Below the pieces are notes generated by a model. It worked only from the letters and a program-made list of their open reading frames with translations, made no database searches and had not been told where the DNA came from. From assembly GCA_964549615.1 (NCBI GenBank), contig CAZJVP010000048.1:4896-68895 (forward strand): 64,000 nt of DNA. Reading direction: 5' to 3'. Numbering within the stretch: the stretch's first letter is position 1; each line of letters opens with the position of its first letter. This DNA is from an uncultured Thermococci archaeon. GTDB taxonomy: Archaea > CAYQAE01 > CAYVLA01. Shown here in pieces: positions 27,482 to 37,180 of this stretch. The position numbers were made by a program, and so were the translations under genes.

Positions 27482-28465
27482 TTGGCGAAGGCTATCGAGA
27501 TCAAGGACGTCACAAAGGTCTTCACGAGCAAGGAGGAGGGGAAGAAGAAGGTGCTCAGGGCGGTTGACGGCGTGAGCCTCTCCTTGGAGTACGGGGAGTT
27601 CGTCGGGCTTCTAGGTCCGAACGGCGCCGGAAAGACGACCCTCATCAAGATACTGGGAACCCTGATACTCCCCACGGACGGCACGGCCAAGGTCGCGGGC
27701 TATGATGTGGTGAAGGAACCGGACAAAGCCCGGTCAAGTTTTGGCTGGCTTCACGGCGAAACCGGTGGAAGGGCACTCTACTGGAGGCTGACCGCGCTCG
27801 ACAACCTCAAGTTCTATGCGTCTTTGCACAACGTGCCGCCGGATGTGGCCAAGAAGAGGATAGACGTCCTCCTGGATTTCTTCGACCTGGTGGAAGACAA
27901 GGACAAGATGGTGAAGGATTTCTCCACGGGGATGAAGGTCAGGGTGATGCTTGCCCGGTCGCTTCTGGCCAACCCGCCCATCCTTCTCATGGACGAGCCG
28001 ACCGTGGGCCTAGACCCGATCACTGCGGATGAAACGCGGAGGCTGCTAATATCCCTAAACAGGGACCTCGGGAAAACCATACTCTTCACCAGCCACAACA
28101 TGTTGGAGGTGGAGAAGCTTTGCCATCGGGTCGCAATCATGCACAAGGGCAGGCTCATCGCGGACGGCAGCCCCGCACTGCTGAGCAAGCTGCATCGAGA
28201 GACGGAAGGGATAATCCTTGAGGTGGAAGCCACCCTGCAGCTGGAGCGCGTCAGGAAGGTCTTGGAGTCCCTACCCCGAGTTGAGGGCATCCTGAACGCT
28301 CAAGAGACGGAGGGCTCCTACATCTTCCAACTAGCAGTCGACGACGAGAGGGAAGCGCTGTACGAGCTGCCGGGTGAGCTGAAAAGGGCCGGCATCACCT
28401 TGACGAGCATCTCGCGTTCCAAGCCAAGTCTGGAGGAGGTTTTCCTTCGCTTGACTAGGAAGTGA
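27482..28465 (+). CDS. ABC-2-type exporter ATP-binding protein
   Basis: Walker A GPNGAGKTT, signature FSTGMKVRVMLARSL, Walker B LLMDEPTVGLD. TTG start. Confidence 0.9.
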   Translation: MAKAIEIKDVTKVFTSKEEGKKKVLRAVDGVSLSLEYGEFVGLLGPNGAGKTTLIKILGTLILPTDGTAKVAGYDVVKEPDKARSSFGWLHGETGGRALYWRLTALDNLKFYASLHNVPPDVAKKRIDVLLDFFDLVEDKDKMVKDFSTGMKVRVMLARSLLANPPILLMDEPTVGLDPITADETRRLLISLNRDLGKTILFTSHNMLEVEKLCHRVAIMHKGRLIADGSPALLSKLHRETEGIILEVEATLQLERVRKVLESLPRVEGILNAQETEGSYIFQLAVDDEREALYELPGELKRAGITLTSISRSKPSLEEVFLRLTRK

Positions 28466-29358
28466 TGGCAATGACGCCCAGAGCGACGACGCAAGACGTC
28501 ATAGATGTTCTCAGGTACGATCCTCCCAAGCAAAGGTCCGACCTCAGGCAGACCTGGGCCGTCTTCGTGGCCAACCTGAAGATCTTCCTTTCGTACAAGA
28601 CATGGGTGGCGACCGAGACCGTGACCACCCTGTCCTCGATAGCGATGTTCTACTTCTTCAGCTTCCTCGTGAACCCGGAACGACTGGAGGAAGCCGGATA
28701 TGGAAGCAGCTACCTAGGTTTCGCGCTGATAGGCGTGGCGAGCACGAACTACCTTTGGATGTGCATAAACAGGCTGAGCCACTCGATGTCCCACGAGGTA
28801 AGGGAGGGAACGTTCGAGACGGTGATATCGTCGCCCATTCGGTTGAGGTCTTACGTGGTCGGGATAGCGATAAGGGGCTTCCTCGTGAGCTGCTACTTCA
28901 TGGCCGGGGCTTTGACGATGGGCATTGCGCTGAAGGCGCCGCTCATCCTTAATCCTGGTACGATTTCGTCAGCCATTTTGCTCGTGCTTCTGCTCATCTC
29001 AAGCCACCTCGGCATCGGGGTCATGGCGGCAGGCGTCATACTGGTCTACAAGAAGGGGGATCCCCTCACCTTCCTGTTCACCGGACTGACGGAGTTCTTC
29101 GGCGGAGTGCTGTTTCCGTTGCAGCTCTTGCAGAACTACCCCTTGGCTTGGGCTTTTGCCTGGGTCCTCCCCTATACACATGCGCTGAACGGACTCAGGA
29201 AGGTCCTCCTGTTGGGCGAGACGGTGTTCTCCCCGTCGGTCGCAACCTCGGCCGGGGTCCTCGTCGCGTACTCCGTCGTCCTGCTGCCCTTGAGCCTTCT
29301 CTTCTTCCGATGGGGATACAATCGAATTAGAAAAGAGGGGTCAACGACCACATATTGA
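28462..29358 (+). CDS. ABC-2-type transporter permease
   Basis: Polytopic (about 6 TM), ~300 aa, with a 4-nt overlap to the ATPase gene. Confidence 0.8.
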   Translation: MMAMTPRATTQDVIDVLRYDPPKQRSDLRQTWAVFVANLKIFLSYKTWVATETVTTLSSIAMFYFFSFLVNPERLEEAGYGSSYLGFALIGVASTNYLWMCINRLSHSMSHEVREGTFETVISSPIRLRSYVVGIAIRGFLVSCYFMAGALTMGIALKAPLILNPGTISSAILLVLLLISSHLGIGVMAAGVILVYKKGDPLTFLFTGLTEFFGGVLFPLQLLQNYPLAWAFAWVLPYTHALNGLRKVLLLGETVFSPSVATSAGVLVAYSVVLLPLSLLFFRWGYNRIRKEGSTTTY

Positions 29359-29367
29359 GGCGGCCAA

Positions 29368-30246
29368 ATGAAGCGCGACTTGCTGATGGCAAACCTTGGG
29401 GACAACCCCTCTCAGTACGGCCGGGTCGGGGCCCTTGCTAAGCTGAAGAGCTTCGTCATCAGGGACGCCAAGATATGGTGGACCTACAAGATGTGGGTCC
29501 TGCTTGATTTGATGAGCACCCTCATGTTCGTGATCACCTATGCCTTGGTTTCGCGGATCGTTTCCCCGGACAGGCTTGTCGCCGGCGGCTACACGCGAGG
29601 TGGATATCTGGCCTTTTCGGTGATAGGGATCGCGTTCCAACAGTACGTCTTCTCATCCGTTCTAGGCATCTCGGAGGCCATAAGGGACGAGCAGTGGTTC
29701 GGCACCATGGAAACGATACTTTCGTCCCCGACAAGCTTCAGGATCTTCTTGCTCGGCGAGTCGCTTTTCAGGTTCATGATAAGCACCATCCTCCTCACGG
29801 GCGCGGTGGGGCTTGGCATTGCCCTCGGCGCAACCTTCGAGGTCTCCCCCGCCATCATCGGCTCGGTGGCAGTTCTCTCGGTTCTGATGGTTTTCAGCCA
29901 TCTCGCGATCGGCATCGCCAGCGCCGGCGTAATCATGAAGATCAAGCAGGGGGACCCGGTGGCCTGGGCGTTCTCTTGGCTGACGCAGCTCGTCTCAGGC
30001 GTTTTCTATCCCCTGAACGTCCTCCCCAACTATCTCAAATGGGTCGGGCTCGCATTCCCCCTAACATATTCGTTGCACGGGGTCAGGCTCTGCCTGATGG
30101 GCGGGCGAACGATCGCTGATCCCGTCGTGGCCCGGAACGTTCTTTGGCTGTGCATCTTCATCGCCATCTCGATGCCGGTGTCCCTTTACATCTTCAGGAT
30201 CGGCTACGACTCGTCGAGGCGAGATGGGTCGCTCGGACAGTATTAG
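29368..30246 (+). CDS. ABC-2-type transporter permease (second subunit)
   Basis: Paralogous layout to the 28462-29358 product; the C-terminal FRIGYDSSRRDGSLGQY parallels FRWGYNRIRKEGSTTTY. Confidence 0.8.
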   Translation: MKRDLLMANLGDNPSQYGRVGALAKLKSFVIRDAKIWWTYKMWVLLDLMSTLMFVITYALVSRIVSPDRLVAGGYTRGGYLAFSVIGIAFQQYVFSSVLGISEAIRDEQWFGTMETILSSPTSFRIFLLGESLFRFMISTILLTGAVGLGIALGATFEVSPAIIGSVAVLSVLMVFSHLAIGIASAGVIMKIKQGDPVAWAFSWLTQLVSGVFYPLNVLPNYLKWVGLAFPLTYSLHGVRLCLMGGRTIADPVVARNVLWLCIFIAISMPVSLYIFRIGYDSSRRDGSLGQY

Positions 30247-30385
30247 CGCCGGTGACGCCCATCAAGTGCGCAAGTCATTAGCCGCGGGCGCGACCGGCCC
30301 AGCTCAGCTGGGGCGAGATATTTTAATAGAAATTAGGGGTCCTGAGCTGGCCGAGGCACAGCGAGGCTCCCATGGTAGGGCGAAC

Positions 30386-30631
30386 ATGAGCTTTAGAGTG
30401 TTTGTGTGCGAGAGCTGCTCATCGAAGGTGGGGATCGAAGAAAAGTCCAAGGAGAGACCGTCGGTCTGTCCCAAATGCAGGGGCATGCTGATGTCCGGGG
30501 GGACTTCCGAGGAGTTCAAGGGCAGCGTTGTGGTCTGCCCCGACTGTGGCAACTCGTTCTTGTACGGCGAGGCCCCTTTCAAGTGTGCCTTCTGCGACCA
30601 TACATTCAGGGACCAGTTCACCTACTTCTGA
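30386..30631 (+). CDS. Small double zinc-ribbon protein
   Basis: Four CxxC pairs: CESC...CPKC and CPDC...CAFC; 81 aa from the ATG at 30386. The ORF-track start at 30224 overlaps the permease. Confidence 0.6.
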   Translation: MSFRVFVCESCSSKVGIEEKSKERPSVCPKCRGMLMSGGTSEEFKGSVVVCPDCGNSFLYGEAPFKCAFCDHTFRDQFTYF

Positions 30632-30642
30632 GCGGGACGTTT

Positions 30643-30680
30643 CCGGGCCGCCCTCAAATGACGGGTTGCGAGCGGCCCGG
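30643..30680. terminator. Inverted repeat between convergent genes
   Basis: CCGGGCCGC ... GCGGCCCGG (9-bp arms, 20-nt spacer) lies between the zinc-ribbon gene stop (30631) and the thermosome stop (30699). Confidence 0.3.
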
Positions 30681-30698
30681 CGAAATACCCCCTTCGAC

Positions 30699-32357
30699 CT
30701 ACGTCATCCCGCCCATCCCGCCCGGCCCCATGCCGCCGGCTGGAGGCTTCTTCTCCTTCTCCTCCTCTTTCTTAAGCTCCTTGGCGGATATGACGTCGTC
30801 GATTCTCAGGATCATGCAGGCCGTCTCGACGGCAGACTTGATGATCTGCCGGTTCACATCGAGCGGCTGAATGACCCCAAGCTTGTACATGTCTGCGATC
30901 TTTCCTTGGAAGATGTCTATGCCCATCTGCGGGCCCTTCGTCTCATTCTGGGCCACCAAGTCTTGGACTATGTCGATCGGGTCAAGGCCCGCGTTTTCGG
31001 CCAGGCTCCTCGGAACGATCCTCAGGGCCTCCGCGAACGCGGAGACGGCAAGGCCCTCCTTGCCCCCGACGCTTGAGGCGTAGCTCTGCACGGCACGGGA
31101 CACGGCGGCCTCCACTGCCCCGCCTCCGGGAACGATCTTGTTGTTCTCCAACACGTCGCCCACGACGCACACCGCGTCGTGCAGGGCCCTCTCGATCTCG
31201 TCCACGACGTGCTCAGTACCTCCCCTTATGAAGATCGTCACCGCCTTGGGGTCCTTGCAGTCCTCAACGAAGATCATCTCGTCGCCGGCTATTTTCCTCT
31301 CCTGCACGAGTCCGGCGCTTCCCAAGTCATCCTTGGTCATGTCGTTCAGGTTCGTGATGATCCTGGCTCCGGTGGCCCTGGAAAGCTTCTCCATATCGCT
31401 CTTCTTGACCCTTCTCGCGGCAAGTATCCCGGCCTTCGCCAGATAGTGCTGGACGAGGTCGTCGATTCCCTTCTGACAGAAGACCACGTTCGCTCCGACC
31501 TTGCTGAACTTCTCCGCCATGTCCTTCAGCATCTTCTCCTCCTCGCCCAGGAAACTCTTGAGCTGTTCTGGCGTGGAGATCTTGATCTCAGCATCGGTCT
31601 CCGTCTCCTGGACCTCGAGCTTGGCGTCAACGAGGGCTATCTTCGCATTCTCCACAGTCTTTGGCATGGCCGGGTGCACGACCTCTTTGTCTATGATCGC
31701 ACCCCTGACCAGCTCGGTCTCAGAAACGCCGGCACCCTGCTTCTTGACCATGTTGATGTAGTCGACGTCCACCTCTGTCTTATCGCCCACCTTCTCTGCA
31801 ACCAGCTTGGCCGCCTTCACGGCAACTGAGGCGAGGTGGTCCCTGGCCACGTTGGCTGCCTTGCCGGTCATCGAGGTCTTGGCTATGTTCTCGAGGGTCT
31901 TGGTATCGTTGGGATCGATCGTCTTTGCGATCCTGTCGAGCTCCTCGAGGGCCTTTCTTGCGGCGGCCCGATACCCGCTCACTATGACGGTGGCATGTAT
32001 GTCCTGGGCCATGAGCTCCTGTGCCTTGGTCAAGAGCTCGCCTGCCAGGACTACCGCCGTTGTGGTTCCATCGCCCACTTCCTCGTCCTGGGTCTTCGCA
32101 ACTTCGACCATCATCTTTGCCGCAGGGTGCTCAACGTCCATTTCGTCAAGGATGGTCGCGCCGTCGTTGGTCACCACGATGTCCCCGAGGCTGTCAACGA
32201 GCATCTTGTCCATTCCCCGCGGGCCCAGGGTGGTCCTCACGGCCTCCGCGATCACCTTCGCAGCAAGGAGGTTGTTCTGCTGGGCGTCCCTGCCTCGACG
32301 CCTCTGTGTTCCCTCCTTGAGTATAAGCACAGGCGTGCCTGCCAGTTGAGTCGCCAT
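30699..32357 (-). CDS. ths: Thermosome subunit (group II chaperonin)
   Basis: [35 protein letters not shown] and VPGGGAVE motifs, with a C-terminal [11 protein letters not shown] tail. Confidence 0.95.
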   Translation of the reverse strand: MATQLAGTPVLILKEGTQRRRGRDAQQNNLLAAKVIAEAVRTTLGPRGMDKMLVDSLGDIVVTNDGATILDEMDVEHPAAKMMVEVAKTQDEEVGDGTTTAVVLAGELLTKAQELMAQDIHATVIVSGYRAAARKALEELDRIAKTIDPNDTKTLENIAKTSMTGKAANVARDHLASVAVKAAKLVAEKVGDKTEVDVDYINMVKKQGAGVSETELVRGAIIDKEVVHPAMPKTVENAKIALVDAKLEVQETETDAEIKISTPEQLKSFLGEEEKMLKDMAEKFSKVGANVVFCQKGIDDLVQHYLAKAGILAARRVKKSDMEKLSRATGARIITNLNDMTKDDLGSAGLVQERKIAGDEMIFVEDCKDPKAVTIFIRGGTEHVVDEIERALHDAVCVVGDVLENNKIVPGGGAVEAAVSRAVQSYASSVGGKEGLAVSAFAEALRIVPRSLAENAGLDPIDIVQDLVAQNETKGPQMGIDIFQGKIADMYKLGVIQPLDVNRQIIKSAVETACMILRIDDVISAKELKKEEEKEKKPPAGGMGPGGMGGMT

Positions 32358-32385
32358 GCAATCGCCTTGCTCATCTGTCTTATCG

Positions 32386-32397
32386 GTTATATATAAA
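32386..32397 (-). promoter_or_regulatory. TATA box of the thermosome gene
   Basis: The minus strand reads CTTTATATATAA, centred about 34 nt upstream of the ATG at 32357. Confidence 0.5.
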
Positions 32398-32459
32398 GCT
32401 TTTCGGTCTCGAGGGTAGCGTTGCCATGCCCCAGCCTTGTTCCTGGCTGCAGGCTTCAG

Positions 32460-33095
32460 CTAGCTTCTTCCGATCCCGCTTCCCCATCCGCCCGTCTCAT
32501 AGGAAAGGAGCGTCCCGTTTTCCACCAAGGCCGCAAGCCGATCGTCCATCCAAGCCGGAACAAGAATGGACATGCTCTGCCCCATCTCATCCACGGCAAC
32601 TCCCCTACATGCCGCAAGGAGGTCGTGGATTCCGACGGGGCTGACCCCGGGACCGAGCCTTAGGAGGACAAGAACATAACCGACGTAGACGACCCGCCTG
32701 TCGGGGTACGTGGTCGCGATGCCCCCGCCATCGGCCGAAACGAGGGCATCCACCCCACCGTTCATCCCGACGACCTCGTATCCCTGTGCCTCGCCCTCTC
32801 CGCCGAGTTTGGTCACTAGAGCGCTCTCCCCGAGGTCCTTCAACGCTCCACGGGCTTCGTCGGCGATCGGAGCTTGGACTCTCTCAAATCCGCCCTCCTG
32901 CTCGAATGCGCCCTTCTCCCCCGCCAGGATCAAGGTCCGATCCTCAACGGCTTCGGTTGTGCCTCGGCATCGAAGGCCGTACAGCAAGATCGATTGCACG
33001 GATCCTGCAAAAAGCCCCAACACGATGATCGCGGCCACCAACCTGTCCAATATCCCACGGGCCCCTGTGTCTAACGCACATAGGCGCTGGAACAA
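32460..33095 (-). CDS. Hypothetical membrane-anchored protein
   Basis: TM LVAAIIVLGLFAGSVQSILLYGL followed by a balanced-composition soluble region. The competing plus-strand ORFs are Pro/Ser/Ala/Arg-rich antisense artefacts. Confidence 0.5.
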   Translation of the reverse strand: MFQRLCALDTGARGILDRLVAAIIVLGLFAGSVQSILLYGLRCRGTTEAVEDRTLILAGEKGAFEQEGGFERVQAPIADEARGALKDLGESALVTKLGGEGEAQGYEVVGMNGGVDALVSADGGGIATTYPDRRVVYVGYVLVLLRLGPGVSPVGIHDLLAACRGVAVDEMGQSMSILVPAWMDDRLAALVENGTLLSYETGGWGSGIGRS

Positions 33096-33263
33096 TTCAT
33101 ATATCTATGCTGAAACGATCCGGAAGGGAGCAATTTAGCTTCCCACTGGTTTCCAGAGCGGCACATGGGGGCAATGCGGGAAGCCAACTTGCCGCCTGAT
33201 CCGACCCACCCGACCGATTTGGTCGGAACGAGACGGTCATCGGCCGCTTCGATATCCTTAGGT

Positions 33264-33273
33264 AATATTTAAG
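33264..33273 (+). promoter_or_regulatory. TATA-like box upstream of the rpl18e operon
   Basis: AATATTTAAG lies about 85 nt upstream of the TTG start. GGGGAG lies just upstream of the start. Confidence 0.35.
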
Positions 33274-33352
33274 AAAAACGTTTGGCGATCATCGCTGCCG
33301 ACGATCCTCGTGGAGATCCGTCTTTCGATCGTTTTCTCCTGGGGAGATCTAA

Positions 33353-33712
33353 TTGCGAAGCAGGAAGACCAACGCGGTCATCGCACGCTTGATCGACTCC
33401 CTTAGGGCTCTCTCTCACGAGACAGGGGCAGCCATATGGAAGGATCTCTCCGTGAGGCTATCCAAGAGCACAAGGCGGATGCCGGCGGTCAACGTTGGCG
33501 AGATATCCGCAAGAACCGAGCCGGAGGACCAGGTCGCCGTACCGGGCAAGGTTCTCGGTTTCGGCAGCCTCAACCACCGCGTGATCGTGGCGGGCGTGGG
33601 CTTCAGCGCAGCGGCCCGGAGGAAGATAGCCGCAGCAGGCGGCGAGTGCATTAGCTTGATGGATCTCGCCAAGAGGAACCCGAAGGGGTCCAAAGTCAAG
33701 ATCATGATCTGA
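33353..33712 (+). CDS. rpl18e: 50S ribosomal protein L18e
   Basis: Size, basic composition and position directly before rpl13-rps9-rpoN. The KDLSVRLSKSTRRMPAVNVGEI and VAGVGFSAAARRKI blocks are typical. Confidence 0.9.
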   Translation: MRSRKTNAVIARLIDSLRALSHETGAAIWKDLSVRLSKSTRRMPAVNVGEISARTEPEDQVAVPGKVLGFGSLNHRVIVAGVGFSAAARRKIAAAGGECISLMDLAKRNPKGSKVKIMI

Positions 33713-33722
33713 GGAACCGACG

Positions 33723-34163
33723 ATGATCGTAGTTGATGCAAGCGACCAGATACTCGGAAGGATGGCCTCCATCGTAGCCAAGCGATTGCTGGAAGGGGAA
33801 ACGGTTGCAGTCGTCAACTGCGAGAAGGCAGTGGTCACGGGCAATCCAACCGTCACGTATGCAAGGTACAAGACCAAGTATGATCTTGGACGCGTCGTCA
33901 ACCCAACCAAGGGGCCTTTCTTTCCCAGGACCCCCGATAGAATCGTGAGCCGCGCGATAAGGGGAATGCTGCCCTTCAGTAAGCCCCGGGGAAAGGCGGC
34001 TTTCCGTCTCCTCCGTGTCTACAGGGGAGTGCCTGATTCGCTGAAGGACGCCCCCCTGTTGAGATTCGAGGAGGCGGGCGTGGACCGCCTGGGGAGGAAG
34101 AAGTACACGACGGTCGGCGATATCTCGCTTGCGCTCGGCGTCAAGAGGGAGATGGTGTTTTGA
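33723..34163 (+). CDS. rpl13: 50S ribosomal protein L13
   Basis: The start VVDASDQILGRMASIVAKRLLEGETVAVVNCEKAVVTG is classic for L13. Confidence 0.95.
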   Translation: MIVVDASDQILGRMASIVAKRLLEGETVAVVNCEKAVVTGNPTVTYARYKTKYDLGRVVNPTKGPFFPRTPDRIVSRAIRGMLPFSKPRGKAAFRLLRVYRGVPDSLKDAPLLRFEEAGVDRLGRKKYTTVGDISLALGVKREMVF

Positions 34164-34564
34164 ACGAAGTACCGCTCACGGTCTCGGCCAGGTTCAAGCG
34201 GGCGACCGCAAGGGCGACCCTCCGGGAGGGCAACGGCGAACTCAGGATCGACAGGAAGCCGCTCGACGTCTACGGGACCGAGCTGGCCAGAGAGAGGATA
34301 CGCGAGGTGCTCTATCTGGCCGGAGACGCGACGAAGAAGGTGGACATCAGCGTTCACGTTGAAGGCGGTGGGATCTCGGGCCAGACCAATGCGATCCGCA
34401 CCAGCATTGCCACGGGCCTGATCCAGTGGACCAAGGATCCGAACCTGAGGCAGAAGTTCATGGAGTACGACCGTTCCATCGTCAAGGGCGACGCTAGAGT
34501 AAAGGAATCCAAGAAGGCGGGCCGCAGGAGGGCCAGGGCCAAGAAACAGAAGAGCTACAGGTAG
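34160..34564 (+). CDS. rps9: 30S ribosomal protein S9
   Basis: GGGISGQTNAIRTSIA block and the C-terminal ...RRRARAKKQKSYR. Confidence 0.95.
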   Translation: MNEVPLTVSARFKRATARATLREGNGELRIDRKPLDVYGTELARERIREVLYLAGDATKKVDISVHVEGGGISGQTNAIRTSIATGLIQWTKDPNLRQKFMEYDRSIVKGDARVKESKKAGRRRARAKKQKSYR

Positions 34565-34570
34565 GTTGGC

Positions 34571-34774
34571 ATGATCATACCGATTAGATGCTTCACATGC
34601 GGCAAGCTGATAGGGGACAAGTACGAGGCTTACAAGGAGCGGGTTGGCTTCGGGGAGAAGCCAGAGGATGTGCTACGTGACCTCGGCATCAACCGCTACT
34701 GCTGCAGAAGGATGCTGATCTCGCACGTCGACCTGATGGACGAGGTCATAAAGTACAAGAAGCCATCGGCCTAG
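34571..34774 (+). CDS. rpoN: DNA-directed RNA polymerase subunit N (Rpo10)
   Basis: [12 protein letters not shown] ... RYCCRRM zinc-binding motifs; 67 aa. Confidence 0.95.
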   Translation: MIIPIRCFTCGKLIGDKYEAYKERVGFGEKPEDVLRDLGINRYCCRRMLISHVDLMDEVIKYKKPSA

Positions 34775-35058
34775 ACCGTCTTGAACCTTCTGTCGGGCAA
34801 AGGACCGACGTAGGGCGTGACCGAGACCTTCTCGTTCTTTGAGAGGTTGAAAACCCTGACTATCTCGGGGGCAAGCCCGATGGTCCCTGGCTCCACCTCG
34901 TCCTCGACAATCTTGCCTATGAGCGTCCCTATCTCGAAGTTTATCTGGACCCATTCGCCCGGCTCCAGTCCCATCTTCCTAATATCGTCCACGTTCATCT
35001 TAACTATGTCGCGCATGTAAGCGCTCCTTGCCGCGAACTCAAACACCCGCCCCGACAT
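34771..35058 (-). CDS. Small stand-alone double-psi beta-barrel-like protein (Cdc48/VAT N-domain-like)
   Basis: The pattern [22 protein letters not shown]...[25 protein letters not shown] resembles the two psi-loop halves of VAT-N. A strong SD (GGGAGGAGGG) lies between it and the upstream gene stop. Confidence 0.5.
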   Translation of the reverse strand: MSGRVFEFAARSAYMRDIVKMNVDDIRKMGLEPGEWVQINFEIGTLIGKIVEDEVEPGTIGLAPEIVRVFNLSKNEKVSVTPYVGPLPDRRFKTV

Positions 35059-35073
35059 CGTCCCTCCTCCCGA

Positions 35074-36288
35074 TCACTCCCTCTCGATAAGCTTGGTCAC
35101 CCTTACCTCCTTGTACAGCCGCCTCCTCACCATCAGGCTCCAGAGTAGAAAGCCCGCGACCATCGAGGTGCCGGAGACGACGAGCCATTCTGCCATAAAG
35201 ATCCAGAAAAGAGCCCTGTCCTTTGCTTCCAAGACCTCTTGGGTCATAGCGTCGAGTTCGGCCAAGAGGCTCGACAGCCCGGATCGGCACTCCTCCAGCT
35301 CCTGAACCACGTACTGCTTGTCCACGGCTGCTTTGGCCGCGCCGAGCTCGCCTAGCCTCATCTCAACCTGCCTCAGATTGGCGCCGAACCTGTCGGCGAA
35401 GTCTATCGTCGAGACAAGGTATGTCCTCCTGTAGTGGAACTGGTTGAAGAGCGCCCTTATTTCGTGTACGAGCTCGAGGTCCTGCGGGATGGGGACGCGC
35501 GCCGGGAAGTATATCAGATGCGACAGCACATCGATGTGCCACTTCCAGCGGTAGAAATCGGGCGTGCCGTGCCACTTGTGCACATATGCCACGGACCTCC
35601 CCTCGCCGTAGTCCCAGTAGACGATCACGGGCTTGTTGCGGTTGTAGGGGACCTCCGGGGACATCCTAGCCAAGACTGTGGCGCCTTCCCTCTCCCAGGG
35701 GCGGTTGTGCGCCCATATCCTTATCTCGTGCCAGGGAAGGTTGCGCATCAAGGGATGATCGCGGTACTCCTCCTCAACGATTATGTGGAAGCCGTGCTGC
35801 TCGTAGTATATCGCCGCCTTGTCGTCGACAGGGAGGATGTCCCCGATCGGGTGTAGATACCAAGAGGTGTGTCTGCCGCTGGTCGCAAAGCTCGACGAGT
35901 CGTCAGCCATCAGGAAACCCATGCCCTCGTTCCGGACCCCTTCCTTAACCCAGTTCTGAAAGTCGTCCCGCAGGTGGCTTGCATCCATCCCGTCCTCTAT
36001 GACCACATCAAAATTGTCGTAAAGCGCGCGCTGGCTTCTCGGCAGATACATTCGGAGACACCGGAAAGCCTCCTCGCCCATTGACCACGCGTGAGCCGGA
36101 ACGGGATAGTAGCTGATTCGAGGATCCTGGCTGAGCACGGGGCCTGGGTGTCCAGGGTAGAACCATGCCTTGCCGATGTGAAGCAGGCGAATCACGCCGT
36201 TGGCGTCGGTCCTTGCGTCGAACTCGCCCGATGCCTGGGAAAGTGCGATAGCGATGAGGACCGCAAAGGCGAACAGCCCTTTTCGCAC
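35074..36288 (-). CDS. Uncharacterised secreted, tail-anchored protein, family A paralog 1 (GATase1-like ectodomain suspected)
   Basis: Signal peptide MRKGLFAFAVLIAIALSQASG. Shared blocks with 43206-44429 and 48093-49394: GVIRLLHIG, LRMYLPRS, FDVVIEDG..GMGFLM, STIDFADRFGAN. Then a coiled coil and the C-terminal ALFWIFMAEWLVVSGTSMVAGFLLWSLMVRRRLYKEVRVTK. Confidence 0.8.
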   Translation of the reverse strand: MRKGLFAFAVLIAIALSQASGEFDARTDANGVIRLLHIGKAWFYPGHPGPVLSQDPRISYYPVPAHAWSMGEEAFRCLRMYLPRSQRALYDNFDVVIEDGMDASHLRDDFQNWVKEGVRNEGMGFLMADDSSSFATSGRHTSWYLHPIGDILPVDDKAAIYYEQHGFHIIVEEEYRDHPLMRNLPWHEIRIWAHNRPWEREGATVLARMSPEVPYNRNKPVIVYWDYGEGRSVAYVHKWHGTPDFYRWKWHIDVLSHLIYFPARVPIPQDLELVHEIRALFNQFHYRRTYLVSTIDFADRFGANLRQVEMRLGELGAAKAAVDKQYVVQELEECRSGLSSLLAELDAMTQEVLEAKDRALFWIFMAEWLVVSGTSMVAGFLLWSLMVRRRLYKEVRVTKLIERE

Positions 36289-36308
36289 GCGTATCGGTAG
36301 GCCTTCAT

Positions 36309-36319
36309 CTTAGAAAAAC
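36309..36319 (-). promoter_or_regulatory. TATA-like box for family A paralog 1
   Basis: The minus strand reads GTTTTTCTAAG, centred about 26 nt upstream of the GTG at 36288. Confidence 0.4.
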
Positions 36320-36395
36320 TTGCTGGTATCAGGCGCCAAGGATGCCATGGATGGGGTTTCAGGCTTGCGCGCGATTCCCCTTGACGAACCGGAAT

Positions 36396-37160
36396 TTACA
36401 CCGCGTAGCCGCCGTCCAGCACCCTTATTTCGTAGAGGATGGCCCTGAAGAGCCAAAGCCCAAAGGCGCAGGAAACCACTAGGGGAAGGAGGGCGAGAGG
36501 GCCGGGCAGGTGCTCGCTCCCGAGGGCCGCGAAGAGGAATATGGCAAAGTTGTACAGGGCATGGTACGTGACGGCCATGGCGTACCGGGTTATCCAGAAG
36601 CCCCCCAGTAACTTCTGGGTGGATATGCCGGATCCCGAGATCGCGCCCGTGGCGCCGTGAAGCGAGGCTGAGCCAAGCGACCTTACGACGATCAGCACTG
36701 CGATCGACGCCAAGCCCGCAGCCTGACCCAGGGCGAGGCTTTCCTGTTTCCAGGAAACGAAGAAGTACATGACGTTCTCAGTCGCAGCGAAACCGAAGCC
36801 TGCCGCCGCCCCGTACACAAGGCCGTCCTCGATCTCGTCGAAAAAGGGCTTGTTGCGCAACAGAAGGACGGGGAGGGCTTTGGTGAACTCCTCGAAGATG
36901 GGGGCCAGGACGACGATGCCAAGAAGCAGGGTGCTCCTCTGGGCGGCATTGGTCGCCGTCGCGTAGATATCCACGACCACCTGCCCGGCCATCTCGAGGA
37001 CCAAGGCCAAGCCCGTCGAGACGACGGCACCGAGAGCGAAAACCTCTAGGACTCTGCCGAAGGGTTCCCTTCGCGTCAGCTCTGAGCGCCTCACCCACAG
37101 AACGTAGAAAATGCATGGAACGAAGCCCATAGCGATGAGGGCCAGCTCCTCTTGGATCAC
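36396..37160 (-). CDS. PrsW-family intramembrane protease
   Basis: Polytopic membrane protein with APIFEEFTKALPV, GAAAGFGFAATENVMY and SLHGATGAISG motifs. The GTG at 37160 is preferred because a TATA box lies 26 nt upstream. The ORF-track start at 37328 overlaps the divergent GH38 gene. Confidence 0.75.
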   Translation of the reverse strand: MIQEELALIAMGFVPCIFYVLWVRRSELTRREPFGRVLEVFALGAVVSTGLALVLEMAGQVVVDIYATATNAAQRSTLLLGIVVLAPIFEEFTKALPVLLLRNKPFFDEIEDGLVYGAAAGFGFAATENVMYFFVSWKQESLALGQAAGLASIAVLIVVRSLGSASLHGATGAISGSGISTQKLLGGFWITRYAMAVTYHALYNFAIFLFAALGSEHLPGPLALLPLVVSCAFGLWLFRAILYEIRVLDGGYAV

Positions 37161-37180
37161 ACCCCGCGCCACAGGTTGGA

